A DNA stretch of 64,000 nucleotides from an uncultured candidate division Zixibacteria bacterium (GCA_963735035.1 CAVTJJ010000003.1:480001-544000); one strand, 5' to 3'. Shown: positions 51,214 to 63,818, counted from the stretch's first letter. Notes: generated by a model from the sequence alone, not told the origin. Numbers and translations: made by a program.

Positions 51214-51858
51214 TTGGATTACATCATCGACCTGCTCTTGCATCTCGACCGCCATCTGAAAGTCATCATCGATACCTACGGCGCCTGGACCTACGGCATC
51301 CTCTTCGCCATCATCTTCTGCGAGACCGGCCTGGTCATCCTCCCCTTCCTGCCGGGCGACTCCCTTCTGTTCGCGGCGGGCGCTTTCGCCGCCGCGGGAG
51401 TGCTCGACCCCTGGTGGGTATTCGTCCTTCTGTCAGTCGCGGCGATTCTCGGCGACTCGGTCAACTATTGGATCGGCGAACGGATCGGCCATCGCGCTTT
51501 CGAGCCGGGCCGCTATCGTTTTCTCAAACCGGCCTATCTCGAAAAGACCCATAAGTTCTATGAGAAGTACGGCGGCAAGACGATTGTCATCGCCCGCTTC
51601 GTGCCGATCGTCCGCACGTTCGCGCCGTTTCTGGCCGGGGTGGGGTCGATGTCATACCGCTACTTTCTCACCTACAACGTGGTTGGCGGTGTGCTCTGGA
51701 CCGGGCTATTCGTAGGCGGCGGGTATTTTTTCGGCAACCTCCCTTTCGTGAAGAAGAATTTCTCGCTGGTGATCCTGGCGATCATCATCCTATCGGTCAT
51801 GCCGGCAGTGATTGAATTCATCCGAGCCCACCGCGACGGGAAGAAAGCGGCGAAGTAG
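51214..51858 (+). CDS. dedA: DedA family membrane protein
   Basis: GAGGA RBS before TTG; IIFCETGLVILPFLPGDSLLF, ARFVPIVRTFAPFLAG. Confidence 0.93.
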   Translation: MDYIIDLLLHLDRHLKVIIDTYGAWTYGILFAIIFCETGLVILPFLPGDSLLFAAGAFAAAGVLDPWWVFVLLSVAAILGDSVNYWIGERIGHRAFEPGRYRFLKPAYLEKTHKFYEKYGGKTIVIARFVPIVRTFAPFLAGVGSMSYRYFLTYNVVGGVLWTGLFVGGGYFFGNLPFVKKNFSLVILAIIILSVMPAVIEFIRAHRDGKKAAK

Positions 51859-52177
51859 AAATATCGTTGGCGGCACACTCGCTTGGTGACTAGTAAGTGC
51901 CCGGCAGATGCCCACATCTGCCGGCTCGTACTGATGAAGGTGAGTCGAGATTGCCACTCCACCTGGTACCCCACAGCTCTGCTGTGGGTTGTTCGACTGG
52001 GCTGAACACTCTCATAACTTATCAATTCGTGAGAGGCACACCCCCTCGTGCGACCCAGTCAGGGGGCAGACCAGGAGGTCTGCCGCCCACGGAATCCCAC
52101 CCGCAAGCGGTGGGCCACCCATCAGTACCGCGTTATCCCACCCAGCCCAAGCGGTGGGCCACCTGACACCCAACCGC

Positions 52178-54199
52178 TTACTTCGTCTTTCCCAGCAGCC
52201 AGGCATAGTCGCGTTTGATGGATTCGTAATCCGGATGGCCGACCCCCGATTCCAGAAACGCCCGGTAGTGCACGGCCGCTTCGGTCGTGCGCTTGTTCTC
52301 GACCAGGTAGATCATTTCGACCATGTGCCCGACCGGTGATTTCGGGTTGACTGCGAGAAGCTCATCGGCGATTTGTTTGGCGGACGCAGTCTGCTTGAGC
52401 ACTACATAGGCCCGACACAGCGCCGACAGAATCTCTTCGGTTTTGGGCGACAGCCGATGCGCCTGTTCCAGCGGCTGAACGGCGTCGGCATAATCCCCGG
52501 TCATCATACAGATTCGCCCGAGGTTATAGTAATTGACATGGTTCGGGTGAGTGATCAGCGCCTTCTTGTACGATTCTTTCGCTTCAGGCAGTCGTCCCTG
52601 TGACAGGCGAATATCCCCCAGTGCCGCGAGGAATTCGCCATTGTCGGGTTGTTGCTTGAGCAGTTCTGTGACGAGAACTTCGGCGTCGGCGAGCTTCCCC
52701 TTCGCGATCAGACTTCGCGCCACCTGAAAGCTTCGTTGCTCGGGGAAGATGGCCGCCATCTCAGTGGTGACTTCGTTGTAAAGCGGCAGATTGCCGTCGT
52801 TCTGAATATATTTCGCGAAGGACACCCATCCCCCTCGCTCGCGAGGTCCATAATACCGCAAAAGGTCGTGCATGCGGGCGGTCGATCCCGCGGCGGAGCA
52901 GTTGACGCTCAAGAAAGGAACGACCACACCTGCGGCCAGTACCGCGGTTGCGAATACAATTCGAGGCGACAGGATCTTACTCCGAGTTGACCTGTATATC
53001 AGGAGCAGCCCCGGGGCCAGCAGCGTAATAGCCATCAGATCCCAGTCGCGGGCCAGGCCCAGTCTCGGGTTGATCGTAACCAGAAACGCCAGCGAACCGA
53101 ACGAGAACAGCACTAGCAGGCGATGAATATGATCGACCTCTCGGTCACCTCGCTCGAATGACAGGCTGAGAAGCACAAGAATAGTCGGCAGGCACAACGC
53201 TATCAGATTGCCGATTTCGGCAAGATTCTGTACCGAGAAAGCGGCATATAAACTCGGCCCTGAAGTACCGGAGATGAGTGGCAGGAATGGATTGTCAGGA
53301 GAAGAAACGTACCGCCCAACTATGACAACCACAGCCGGCACGAGCAGAATCATCGTGGCCACGACTGACGCAAAGGTTCGGGTCGTTAAGCTCTCGAAAG
53401 CACGCGGCATGATCCTCAGCAACAGCAGGTACAGCACACCGGGCAGGTAGAATAGCGCTTGCATATGAATTGCGACAGAAAGCGCAAAGAGCAATAGAAC
53501 CAACCAGAGCGATCCGCGATCCTTGGCGTATGCCAGCGCGGTTCGTACGAAGAATGACACCGCCAGCCACAACATCGGATAGTATTCGATATAGCCGAGG
53601 AAGAGCAGCATCCACCCGGAGCCAAGCAGTACGACCAGCGAAAACAGTCGCCCCCGGGCCGAGTCCGCTATCAACCCGGCGATAGCGATGAAATTGTATA
53701 CCACGACAAGACCGGCAAGGATGCTCACGGCCTGGAAGGCATAAAGGGCGGTCCAGTAGGAGTATCCGCCAAAAGCCTGTTGGACCAGCTTGATAACCCA
53801 GAATGAAAGAAGCTTGATCGGACCGCCGGTGTAGGCTTCATCCCGACCGAAAATGTTCAGCAGAAAGTAACCGTCGCCGAGAAAAGCGGTCCCTACTCGA
53901 AAGACAAAGAACAGACCGGCCATTCCCAGTGCGAGCAGCCACCTGATAATCGACGCTTTCCCCCAGAGAAGATCACCCGTCTTCTCAACGGCTCGCTCCA
54001 AATGAGTCTGTGGGACGGGCCCGAACGCCAGATAGAGTACAATCGCGGTCAGAGCGATCAGCAGATAAATCGCACTACTGCCGAGATATTTGAAATAGTC
54101 CAGCCCCCAGGCCGCGTACGAGTCGGAATAGAATGCGAGCAACAGGCATACCGGTGTGGCTACCAGGGCCGCCCGCGGGACAAACTCCCGAACAGTCAT
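52178..54199 (-). CDS. Polytopic membrane protein with C-terminal TPR repeats (GT-C-like architecture)
   Basis: Many TM helices, FLGDGY, GYIEYY, ARDWDL loops; TPR motifs LGDIRLSQGRLPEAKESYKKAL, YYNLGRICMMTGDYADA. Confidence 0.8.
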   Translation of the reverse strand: MTVREFVPRAALVATPVCLLLAFYSDSYAAWGLDYFKYLGSSAIYLLIALTAIVLYLAFGPVPQTHLERAVEKTGDLLWGKASIIRWLLALGMAGLFFVFRVGTAFLGDGYFLLNIFGRDEAYTGGPIKLLSFWVIKLVQQAFGGYSYWTALYAFQAVSILAGLVVVYNFIAIAGLIADSARGRLFSLVVLLGSGWMLLFLGYIEYYPMLWLAVSFFVRTALAYAKDRGSLWLVLLLFALSVAIHMQALFYLPGVLYLLLLRIMPRAFESLTTRTFASVVATMILLVPAVVVIVGRYVSSPDNPFLPLISGTSGPSLYAAFSVQNLAEIGNLIALCLPTILVLLSLSFERGDREVDHIHRLLVLFSFGSLAFLVTINPRLGLARDWDLMAITLLAPGLLLIYRSTRSKILSPRIVFATAVLAAGVVVPFLSVNCSAAGSTARMHDLLRYYGPRERGGWVSFAKYIQNDGNLPLYNEVTTEMAAIFPEQRSFQVARSLIAKGKLADAEVLVTELLKQQPDNGEFLAALGDIRLSQGRLPEAKESYKKALITHPNHVNYYNLGRICMMTGDYADAVQPLEQAHRLSPKTEEILSALCRAYVVLKQTASAKQIADELLAVNPKSPVGHMVEMIYLVENKRTTEAAVHYRAFLESGVGHPDYESIKRDYAWLLGKTK

Positions 54200-54535
54200 A
54201 TTGTGAGGATAGTCTTATGAAGCTATAATGCCAAGCCCGAAATGGTCGCAGAGCTGAATCGCCATCCACCTTCCCCTCGCGTCTACGGGATGATACAAAA
54301 CAAGCTCAATCAGGGTCTTCAAAGTTAGTGCTTGTATGGTTAAGCCTGTCGATGTATTTTGTTCAAGACCAACAACTTGGTTTGCTAAGATGAGTGTACC
54401 CGCCCCGGGTCTACTGCCTGGTAATAAGCGAGGCCAAAACGGCACAGCATGATGAACGACATGGCCCGTTCGGCCGATAAGACATAAACGGACAATTGGT
54501 TAAGGTCCTTGAAACCGTCTCGACAGGAGATATCG

Positions 54536-57394
54536 ATGTGGCATAGCGCTGTCTTGAAGTCGCAGCGTCTTAGTTCTGCGCAAACTAGCTCAATTAGTCG
54601 TTCTCACGCGGCCTATTTCATGTTCTTATTCGTGGCCGCGATCTTTGCAGCGATTACATTCCCGGCTTCGGCCTCGGCCCAGATGAGCCAGGCCGACATT
54701 GAATCCATCCAGAAGGCTATCAATTCTCAGGGAGCGTCCTGGACTGCAGGAGAGACATCGCGTACTTTGATGACTATCGATGAACGCCGCTCCGCGCTGG
54801 GTCTGATTCCCGATACCATGAGCGCCGACTCGCGCACCCAGCCGCCATCGGGTTCGATGGCGCTCGCCCCGACCGAATTCAGCTGGGGTAACAAAGACGG
54901 CTGGAACTGGATGACCACTATCAAGAACCAGGGCGGCTGCGGGAGCTGTTGGGCCTTTGCTACGGCGGCGGCATTCGAGGCTCGCCTGCGCATAAATCTC
55001 AATCAGCCCAACCTGGCAGTGGACGTATCCGAGCAGAATATGGTGTCCTGCTGGCTAGGTTCGTGCGAGGGCGCCAACGCCACCTGGGTGATGACCTACT
55101 TCCAGACTTACGGCTGTCCCGACGAAGCCTGCTTTCCCTACGCCTCCGGCAGCGGCACGGCCGCTCCTTGTACTGACCTTTGCCCTGATTGGGCCTCGCG
55201 TGTCTATGGATTGACAACTTACGGCAACTACAACTTCCCGTCGGTCGAGACGATTAAGAACGAGATCATGCTCCATGGCCCCGTACAGATGCACATGTCG
55301 GTCTACGCGGATTTCGATTCCTACACGGGCGGCGTATATCAACACGTCACGGGCGCCTATGAAGGCGCGCATCTCGTTGTCATGTACGGCTGGGACAATG
55401 CCAACAACTGCTGGCTGGTCAAGAACTCCTGGGGCACGGATTGGGGCGAGGTTGGTCCCAATGGCCAGCGCGGCTGGTTCCGCATCAGAATGGGCGCCAA
55501 CGAAGTCGGCTGTGAGTCCTATATCTACTTCTTGCAGCCGATAGGTCAGGATTATCCTGTAGCAACTTCAACTTCTCCGGCTGAAAATGCGGTGGGCAGT
55601 GCTACTGCGGGCGACATTACGGTCAATTTCGATTCTGACCTTGATCCTGCTACTGTGAGCGCGTCATCTGTGTTCGCCTCCGGCAGCATTTCCGGACCTC
55701 ATGCGGCGTCCGTGAGTTACGACAATCCGACTCGCTCTATCACTATCAACCCGGATGCCGATTTCGTGTCCGGCGAGGCGGTCTCGGTGGTAATGTCACC
55801 CAGTATTCACTCGTCGGCCGGGATGTGGATGAGCACCGGCCACAACTGGCGATATACAACCTCGGTCGCTCCGAGTTCGGGGGCCTTCGCCGCCGCGGTC
55901 GATTACTCGACCAGCCCGGCACCCCTCTGGATGACTACGGCTGATTTGAACGGCGACGGCTCCTCCGATCTGGTGTCGGCCAATGCCACGACGGCCAGCA
56001 TAACCGTTCGTCTCGCCAACGGTGACGGCACTTTTGGGTCATCCACCAATTACTCGGTCCAGAACGGACCCCGGTCGGTGGTTGCCGCCGACTTCGACGG
56101 CGATGGCGATGTGGACCTCGCGGTGGCGAACTACCAGTCGCACACTATCTCCGTGTTGTTGAATAACGGTAACGGCACTTTCGCGCCTCAGTTCGCGGTC
56201 ATTACCGTCACTAGTCCCCGATCTGTAACGGCGACCGACATCGATGCTGACGGCGACATAGACCTGGTGGTCGGCAGCGCCACTCCATTGGCCATTCGCA
56301 TTCACTACAACAACGGCACCGGCAGCTTCACCAATATGGTCCAGCGCAGTATTACCGGTCTGCCGTATGTTCTCACCACGGCCGACTTCGACGCTGACGG
56401 CGATTTCGATGTCGCCTATCCGGCCTACTCCACCAATGAGCTGGTGATACTTTGGAATGACGGACTCGGAACATTTGATTCGGAATCTCGATTCCCGGTC
56501 GGTGTCGGACCCCGGTCGGTTGCGGCGGCAGATCTTAACGGCGACGGTGTCATCGATCCAGTCGTGGCCAACTATTCGGCAATGACCGTTTCGGCCATGA
56601 TGAAGACCGGATTCAATTCCTACACTAATCAGGACCTATCCACCGCGCCTCTGAGTCCCGAAGCGGTCAGCGTCGCCGATATCAATGGCGACCAACATCC
56701 GGACATCGTGGCCTTCGGAAACACCGGCATCGTGGTCATAATGAACCGGGGTGACGGGACCTTTGCCTCTGCAGTATCTCTGGCGACTGGCAGCTACCTG
56801 GCAGGGGCGGCGGCTGATTTCGACGGCGACCATGACCTCGATCTCGCGGGCGTGAGCTACGACGGTCAGAAATTCTCGGTGCTGCTCAACGGCGCCTGTG
56901 TCGACAGCGACGGCGATGGTATCGGCGATCCGGGCAATCCCGGTACGCTCTGTGGAATAGATAACTGCCCCAATACGGCCAATCCCGATCAGATTGACAG
57001 CGACAGCGACGGTGTCGGCGACGCCTGCGACAATTGCCGCATGGAGCCAAACCCGTCCCAGACCGATACAGACGGCAACTGTCCCGCACCGCCTTACGCA
57101 TCCGATCCGGAGTGCGGCGATATCTGCCAGACGTGTTGCCGTGGACGGGTGGGTGACGCCAACAACAGCGGCGATGAGGAGCCGACCATCGGCGATATCA
57201 GCGTTTTGATTGACGCCAAGTTCATTACCGGTTCCTGTGTCGGAATCGTCGCTTGTTTGACTGAGGCGGATATCAACCAGTCCGGTAGTATGAACCCGAC
57301 TTGTGACGATGTCACCATCGGTGACATTTCAACTCTGATCGATTACTTGTTCATCACCGGCTCCGGCAGTATGACCTTGCCGAGCTGTTTATAG
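54536..57394 (+). CDS. C1A (papain-family) cysteine peptidase with Ig-like domain, FG-GAP repeats, TSP3 and dockerin-like tail
   Basis: IKNQGGCGSCWAF, GAHLVVMYGW, WLVKNSWGTDWG; ADxDGDGDxDL repeats; [23 protein letters not shown] before MWHS. Confidence 0.94.
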   Translation: MWHSAVLKSQRLSSAQTSSISRSHAAYFMFLFVAAIFAAITFPASASAQMSQADIESIQKAINSQGASWTAGETSRTLMTIDERRSALGLIPDTMSADSRTQPPSGSMALAPTEFSWGNKDGWNWMTTIKNQGGCGSCWAFATAAAFEARLRINLNQPNLAVDVSEQNMVSCWLGSCEGANATWVMTYFQTYGCPDEACFPYASGSGTAAPCTDLCPDWASRVYGLTTYGNYNFPSVETIKNEIMLHGPVQMHMSVYADFDSYTGGVYQHVTGAYEGAHLVVMYGWDNANNCWLVKNSWGTDWGEVGPNGQRGWFRIRMGANEVGCESYIYFLQPIGQDYPVATSTSPAENAVGSATAGDITVNFDSDLDPATVSASSVFASGSISGPHAASVSYDNPTRSITINPDADFVSGEAVSVVMSPSIHSSAGMWMSTGHNWRYTTSVAPSSGAFAAAVDYSTSPAPLWMTTADLNGDGSSDLVSANATTASITVRLANGDGTFGSSTNYSVQNGPRSVVAADFDGDGDVDLAVANYQSHTISVLLNNGNGTFAPQFAVITVTSPRSVTATDIDADGDIDLVVGSATPLAIRIHYNNGTGSFTNMVQRSITGLPYVLTTADFDADGDFDVAYPAYSTNELVILWNDGLGTFDSESRFPVGVGPRSVAAADLNGDGVIDPVVANYSAMTVSAMMKTGFNSYTNQDLSTAPLSPEAVSVADINGDQHPDIVAFGNTGIVVIMNRGDGTFASAVSLATGSYLAGAAADFDGDHDLDLAGVSYDGQKFSVLLNGACVDSDGDGIGDPGNPGTLCGIDNCPNTANPDQIDSDSDGVGDACDNCRMEPNPSQTDTDGNCPAPPYASDPECGDICQTCCRGRVGDANNSGDEEPTIGDISVLIDAKFITGSCVGIVACLTEADINQSGSMNPTCDDVTIGDISTLIDYLFITGSGSMTLPSCL

Positions 57395-57405
57395 TCAGGA
57401 TATAG

Positions 57406-57427
57406 GCGGCCCGCTCCGGCGGGCCGC
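57406..57427 (+). terminator. Terminator-like hairpin
   Basis: GCGGCCCGC-tccg-GCGGGCCGC 11 bp after the stop; weak U tract. Confidence 0.55.
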
Positions 57428-57766
57428 TCTCATTTCAGACCTGTACCATTCTTCACGGAATAGCAGTAAAGCCCGAAGCCCGTCATCGCGAGGCCACGAC
57501 TTGGTCGGGGCCGTGGCGATCTCATTTGATCACACCGCGACAATATAAGGATTGCCGCGCCACGCTTTGTGGCTGGTGGACAGCCTGCCCCGGACCTGAT
57601 CCGAGGTCTCCGTCCACCACCTTTGTACGGACAGACAGACTGACACGCGAGGAACCGGTCAGGAGGTTTACTTGTTTTCCCTTGTAATAAAAATTGGTGG
57701 CGGGTAGTTTGGTGCGCGAAGACTAGAGAAGAAGCGGTTGGAGAATCTATAACTACGGGCCCGGCT

Positions 57767-59128
57767 ATGAAGTTTGGTCGCAAGAAGAACGCTGAAGAAA
57801 TCCGACTGAATGAAGAGGGGTGGCGACGTGAGTCCACTGTTCACACGCTGCCGGAAGTCTTCTCGTCGATTGCTGTCTCCTCCACGGCCGGCTTCTGGCG
57901 TAAGCTACTGGCTTTTACCGGACCCGGTCTGTTAGTCGCGGTCGGTTACATGGACCCCGGCAACTGGGCCACCGACCTGGCGGGTGGAGCGAGATTCGGA
58001 TATACGCTCTTGTCGGTAATTCTCCTCTCCAACCTGGTGGCTATAGTATTACAGCATCTGGCTCTAAAACTGGGCGTGGTCTCCGGCCGCGACCTGGCCC
58101 AGGCCTGTCGTGATCATTATTCGCGACCGGTCTCCCTCGCCCTCTGGGTACTGTGCGAAATAGCCATTGCCGCCTGTGATCTGGCGGAAGTGGTCGGCTC
58201 GGCAGTAGCACTAAACCTTTTGTTCGGCATCCCCGTGCTGATCGGCGTAGCGCTTACCGGGCTGGACGTGTTGGTTGTGCTGTTCCTGCAGAGCAAAGGC
58301 TTTCGATATATCGAATCCATTGTAGCGGGACTAATCTTCCTGATCGGCAGTTGTTTCGCCTATGAACTGGTGGTGTCAGAACCATCGCTGAGAGCTATCT
58401 TTGACGGATTGCTGCCAAGACCAGAAGTCGTTACCGACCCGGCCATGCTCTACATCGCGATTGGCATCCTCGGCGCTACCGTCATGCCCCACAACTTGTA
58501 TCTGCATTCCAGCATTGTTCAGACGCGGGCCTACCCCCGCGACGATGACGGCAAGCGGATGGCCATCAAATACGCCACGATCGATTCTACCGTCGCCCTC
58601 CTGTTCGCATTCTTCATCAATGGGGCGATTCTGATATTGAGCGCTGCCGCGTTTAACGGCACCGGTCATCAGGACGTGGCTGACATTGGCGATGCTTACC
58701 TGCTTCTCTCGCCCGTGGTCGGGGCGACTTTCGCCAGCATGTTCTTCGGCATTGCCCTTCTGGCGTCGGGACAGAACTCGACGCTCACCGGAACGATGGC
58801 CGGTCAGATTGTAATGGAGGGGTTTCTCAATATCCGCCTTCGCCCCTGGATACGCAGGCTCTTGACCCGCTCGCTCGCGATCGTGCCGGCTTTTGTCGTG
58901 GCCGCCATCTACGGTGAACATGGGATAGGGCAGCTACTCATCTTCAGCCAGGTGGTGCTCTCGTTGCAGCTCAGTTTCGCCGTGGTGCCGCTGGTCAAAT
59001 TCACCAGCGACAGACGAAAGATGGGACCATTTGTGAACCGCACCTGGCTGGCAGTGACCGCATGGATAGTCACAATTGTTATAATAGGACTGAACGTATA
59101 TCTTCTCTGGCAGACCATCGTCGGATAG
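57767..59128 (+). CDS. mntH: NRAMP-family Mn2+/Fe2+ transporter
   Basis: YMDPGNW, GATVMPHNLYLHS, GQNSTLTGTMAGQIVMEGF. Confidence 0.96.
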   Translation: MKFGRKKNAEEIRLNEEGWRRESTVHTLPEVFSSIAVSSTAGFWRKLLAFTGPGLLVAVGYMDPGNWATDLAGGARFGYTLLSVILLSNLVAIVLQHLALKLGVVSGRDLAQACRDHYSRPVSLALWVLCEIAIAACDLAEVVGSAVALNLLFGIPVLIGVALTGLDVLVVLFLQSKGFRYIESIVAGLIFLIGSCFAYELVVSEPSLRAIFDGLLPRPEVVTDPAMLYIAIGILGATVMPHNLYLHSSIVQTRAYPRDDDGKRMAIKYATIDSTVALLFAFFINGAILILSAAAFNGTGHQDVADIGDAYLLLSPVVGATFASMFFGIALLASGQNSTLTGTMAGQIVMEGFLNIRLRPWIRRLLTRSLAIVPAFVVAAIYGEHGIGQLLIFSQVVLSLQLSFAVVPLVKFTSDRRKMGPFVNRTWLAVTAWIVTIVIIGLNVYLLWQTIVG

Positions 59129-59161
59129 TCGGCCGGTTAACCGTCAGCAGCAGGAAATCAG

Positions 59162-59575
59162 ATGTACAAGCACATTCTAATTCCGCTGGAGAATTCTCCC
59201 ACCGATCAGGTGATTCTCACCCACATCCGCTCTCTGGCGCTATGCCTGAAGGCGAAACTGACCTTGATCCATGTGGCCGACGGTTTCCAGGCGCGCCGCC
59301 AGAAACAGATGGGTGAATCCGAGGAAATGCGCCGGGACCGGATCTATCTCGAACAGTGTGAGCAGGAACTTCGCGCCGAAGGCTTCGACGCCACCGCGAT
59401 ATTGACCTGGGGCGAACCAGCGGATCGGATTATCGAAGCAGCTACTTCGGGCCAGTGTGATTTGATCGCGATGGCCACCCACGGACACAAGTTTATCGGC
59501 GACGTGATTTTCGGCAGCGTGGCTAGCGACGTTCGCCACCGGGCAGACATCCCGGTGCTGCTTCTCAAGGGATAG
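59162..59575 (+). CDS. Universal stress protein (UspA family)
   Basis: MYKHILIPL, GEPADRI, DLIAMATHGH, FGSVA, IPVLLL. Confidence 0.94.
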   Translation: MYKHILIPLENSPTDQVILTHIRSLALCLKAKLTLIHVADGFQARRQKQMGESEEMRRDRIYLEQCEQELRAEGFDATAILTWGEPADRIIEAATSGQCDLIAMATHGHKFIGDVIFGSVASDVRHRADIPVLLLKG

Positions 59576-59733
59576 ACACAAGCAACCCAGCAGGTTGGAA
59601 GACAGCTCCCCAAACGTCAGAACAGGGTTGTATCGGTTACTGCGCCCCCGATTTCAATCGGGAGGCGTGTGAACTAGTGCCCGGCAGATGTCCACATCTG
59701 CCGGCTCGTATTGATACCACCGAATTGAGGCTG

Positions 59734-60798
59734 CTACCCTTCTTCTTCAGTAGATTCAGCCGATTCGTCCGCGCGGGCACTGGTCCGAGTCGATTGCATG
59801 GCCGGCTCGGCCTTAATCTTCGCCAGAATCTCATCGAATATCGTCGGATTGGCCTCGACGAACGCCCGGGCGTTTTCACGACCCTGGCCGAGACGGTTCC
59901 CCTGATAACTGAACCAGGAGCCGGATTTCTCGATGATATTCCGATCCACCGCCATATCAAGCAACTCACCCGAGCGCGAAATGCCCCGGCCATAAATGAT
60001 ATCGAACTCGCATTCGCGGAACGGCGGCGCAACCTTGTTCTTCACCACGCGCACCCGGGTCCGGTTGCCCACGACTTCCTGGCCGTCTTTGATGGCCGCG
60101 ATGCGGCGGATGTCCAAACGCAACGAGGCGTAGAATTTCAGGGCGTTGCCACCCGTAGTAGTCTCTGGATTGCCGAACATGACACCGATCTTCATCCGAA
60201 TCTGATTGATAAACACAATCGAGGTGTGCGATTTGGACGTAATCGCGGTCAGCTTGCGCAACGCCTGTGACATCAACCGCGCATGCAACCCCATGTGCGA
60301 ATCGCCCATTTCCCCTTCGATTTCGGAACGGGGTGTCAGAGCCGCCACGGAGTCCACGACAATGACATCGACCGCACTGGAACGGACCAGCGTTTCGACT
60401 ATATCAAGCGCCTGCTCGCCCGAGTCCGGCTGGGCCACCAGGAGGTCTTCGGTGTTGACCCCAAGCGCGTGGGCGTATTGAGCGTCGAGTGCATGCTCGG
60501 CATCGATAAACGCCGCCTGCCCGCCCAGTTTCTGGGTTTCGGCGATGATATGTAACGCGAGGGTGGTCTTACCCGATGATTCCGGACCGAAAACTTCGAT
60601 CACCCGGCCGCGCGGAACGCCGCCTACACCGAGCGCATGATCCAGCCCGATCGAGCCGGTGGGTATGACCTCGACTTCCAGCACGGTGCTGTCGCCGAGA
60701 CGCATTATTGCACCTTTGCCGAACGAGCGTTCGATCTGTGTCAGCGCCGCCGCGAGGGCTTTCTTGCGGTCGGCCGCGGTAGAGGATGTCTGCGCCAT
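59734..60798 (-). CDS. recA: Recombinase RecA
   Basis: [53 protein letters not shown]. Confidence 0.98.
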   Translation of the reverse strand: MAQTSSTAADRKKALAAALTQIERSFGKGAIMRLGDSTVLEVEVIPTGSIGLDHALGVGGVPRGRVIEVFGPESSGKTTLALHIIAETQKLGGQAAFIDAEHALDAQYAHALGVNTEDLLVAQPDSGEQALDIVETLVRSSAVDVIVVDSVAALTPRSEIEGEMGDSHMGLHARLMSQALRKLTAITSKSHTSIVFINQIRMKIGVMFGNPETTTGGNALKFYASLRLDIRRIAAIKDGQEVVGNRTRVRVVKNKVAPPFRECEFDIIYGRGISRSGELLDMAVDRNIIEKSGSWFSYQGNRLGQGRENARAFVEANPTIFDEILAKIKAEPAMQSTRTSARADESAESTEEEG

Positions 60799-60912
60799 CT
60801 CAGGACTGCCTTTCTTTAGTTGGATCTTGCCGCGTTCCATGTCGCCCAAGATATGACTTTTGGAACGTTCTATATATCACTTTTGCAACTGACCTCAAGA
60901 TCATTTTCTCCC

Positions 60913-60929
60913 CTGACAGATCCTGTCAG
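60913..60929. promoter_or_regulatory. Palindrome upstream of recA (candidate regulator site)
   Basis: CTGACAG-atc-CTGTCAG, nested inside TCATTTTC...GAAAATGA. Confidence 0.45.
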
Positions 60930-61044
60930 TGAAAATGAGGTGCCCCTCGGAAAGTCAATCGGCGAGATCCGGGAAAATGCGTCTAAATAGTTAGTAACTT
61001 TGCACTTAGCGATAGAATGCGGCTTCTCGCTAAAGCGAGCTTTG

Positions 61045-61164
61045 GTAGGTCGGGTTACGCGCAATTATGAGTTGAGCGCGCAACCCGACATCATATCACT
61101 TATAGGGCTGTGTCGGGTTTTCTCCGAGACTCGCTTCGCGAGCCTCTCGAAAACACCGACCTAC
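61045..61164. repeat. Inverted pair of GTAG-headed REPs
   Basis: GTAGGTCGGGTT...AACCCGAC and GTCGGGTTTTC...CCGACCTAC. Confidence 0.65.
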
Positions 61165-61201
61165 TGGATTCCGCGGGCTCAACTGTTAAGAAGTCCGCCC
61201 C

Positions 61202-61777
61202 CTACCCCCCAAACCGCTCCTGCCCCAGCACCGCCTCATGGATCCGCTCATAAATCGAACCCTTCGGCGTCAGCGTCGACTTGAACAAGACCAGACGGTC
61301 CAGCTTCAGTGGAATAGGAGTCAGTTCGAACGATTCGAGAAAGGACGATAGCACCGCCACCGACCGACCTTCTCGAACCCGCCCCAGGGTCAGATGCGCC
61401 TTGAAAGGTCGCGTTTCTTTCTCAAAACCTAGTTCGTGCATGCGACGGTCGATCTCGGCCGCCATTCGGGCGGCCGCTTCAATCGGTTGTGACCCACCCA
61501 CCCAGATCACGCGCGGATTCTTCAGTCCGGGAAATCCGCCTACCTGGTCAATGACCGACTCGAAAGGCTGATACCCGGCGCAGGTCTGGTCGATAGCCGT
61601 CTTGATTTTCGGCACCAGCTCTTCATCGGTTTCGCTAAGAAACTTGATTGTCAAATGGACATTCTTGGCGGCCACCCATTTGACATCGGGGCCTTTCGGA
61701 CGAAGCAAGCCGAGCAACCGGTCGAGTTCAACCTCAACCTCGTGCGGCAGCGGCATAGCAATGAACAATCGGAGCAT
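61202..61777 (-). CDS. thpR: RNA 2',3'-cyclic phosphodiesterase (2H phosphoesterase)
   Basis: MLRLFIA, NVHLTIKFL and FKAHLTLGR HxT motifs; upstream of recA. Confidence 0.95.
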   Translation of the reverse strand: MLRLFIAMPLPHEVEVELDRLLGLLRPKGPDVKWVAAKNVHLTIKFLSETDEELVPKIKTAIDQTCAGYQPFESVIDQVGGFPGLKNPRVIWVGGSQPIEAAARMAAEIDRRMHELGFEKETRPFKAHLTLGRVREGRSVAVLSSFLESFELTPIPLKLDRLVLFKSTLTPKGSIYERIHEAVLGQERFGG

Positions 61778-61808
61778 GATTTCACACTTTCGGATTTGAG
61801 GCCCACCC

Positions 61809-61951
61809 GTAGGGCAGAACCCTCGTCTTGCCCGCTACAAGCGGGTAAGGCGAGCGGTTCTGCCATGCTTCGACCCTTCGGCAAGCTCAGGCCTCAGCAT
61901 GACTTCGGCATGGCAGAATCGCTCCCGCAAGGCGGGAGGATTCTGCCCTAC
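61809..61951. repeat. Inverted pair of GTAGGGCAGAA REPs with nested hairpins
   Basis: GTAGGGCAGAACC...TTCTGCCATG ... CATGGCAGAA...TTCTGCCCTAC; central CCCTTCG(G/A)CAAGCTCAGG motif also near 17645. Confidence 0.7.
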
Positions 61952-62168
61952 GTTCTTGTTTAATAACATAACCACACGCCCGCCAAACCACAAGCGGGGT
62001 TAAGATTGCCCATGAAACTGCTGGACGAGTTGAACTTCCGGCCTTATTTTGCCTCCGCCGTTTCTATTCGAGCCCGGCAGATGCCTGCCCTCGACCTGAT
62101 CGGGAGTCCACATCCACCGACTCGATTAAACGGTTGGAACAACTACATCGTCCGGCAACCCCGTGTGA

Positions 62169-63596
<1,428 letters not shown>

Positions 63597-63689
63597 AATT
63601 GTAGGTCGGGACCTTTACGGTCTGGACAAAACACGTGGCCGGCAGATGCCCACATCTGCCGGCTTTCTATTTGTGGGATGTGAATATTT

Positions 63690-63752
63690 TGATCGGCAGG
63701 GTTCCAACCCTGCCGCAAAGCAAAAACGGCAGGCACAGAGGCCTGCCGATCA
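63690..63752. repeat. Inverted pair of TGATCGGCAGG-family REPs
   Basis: TGATCGGCAGGGTTCCAACCCTGCCG ... CGGCAGGCACAGAGGCCTGCCGATCA. Confidence 0.75.
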
Positions 63753-63818
63753 TATCTTAGCTGATTGTGGCAGGTGTACGTCCTCGTGCACCTGCTTTTG
63801 GTTTCCCGAACCTCCGCC

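Noticed and set aside
60863..60870. Firmicute-type LexA box upstream of recA
   Set aside because: GAACGTTC lacks the 4-bp spacer of GAAC-N4-GTTC
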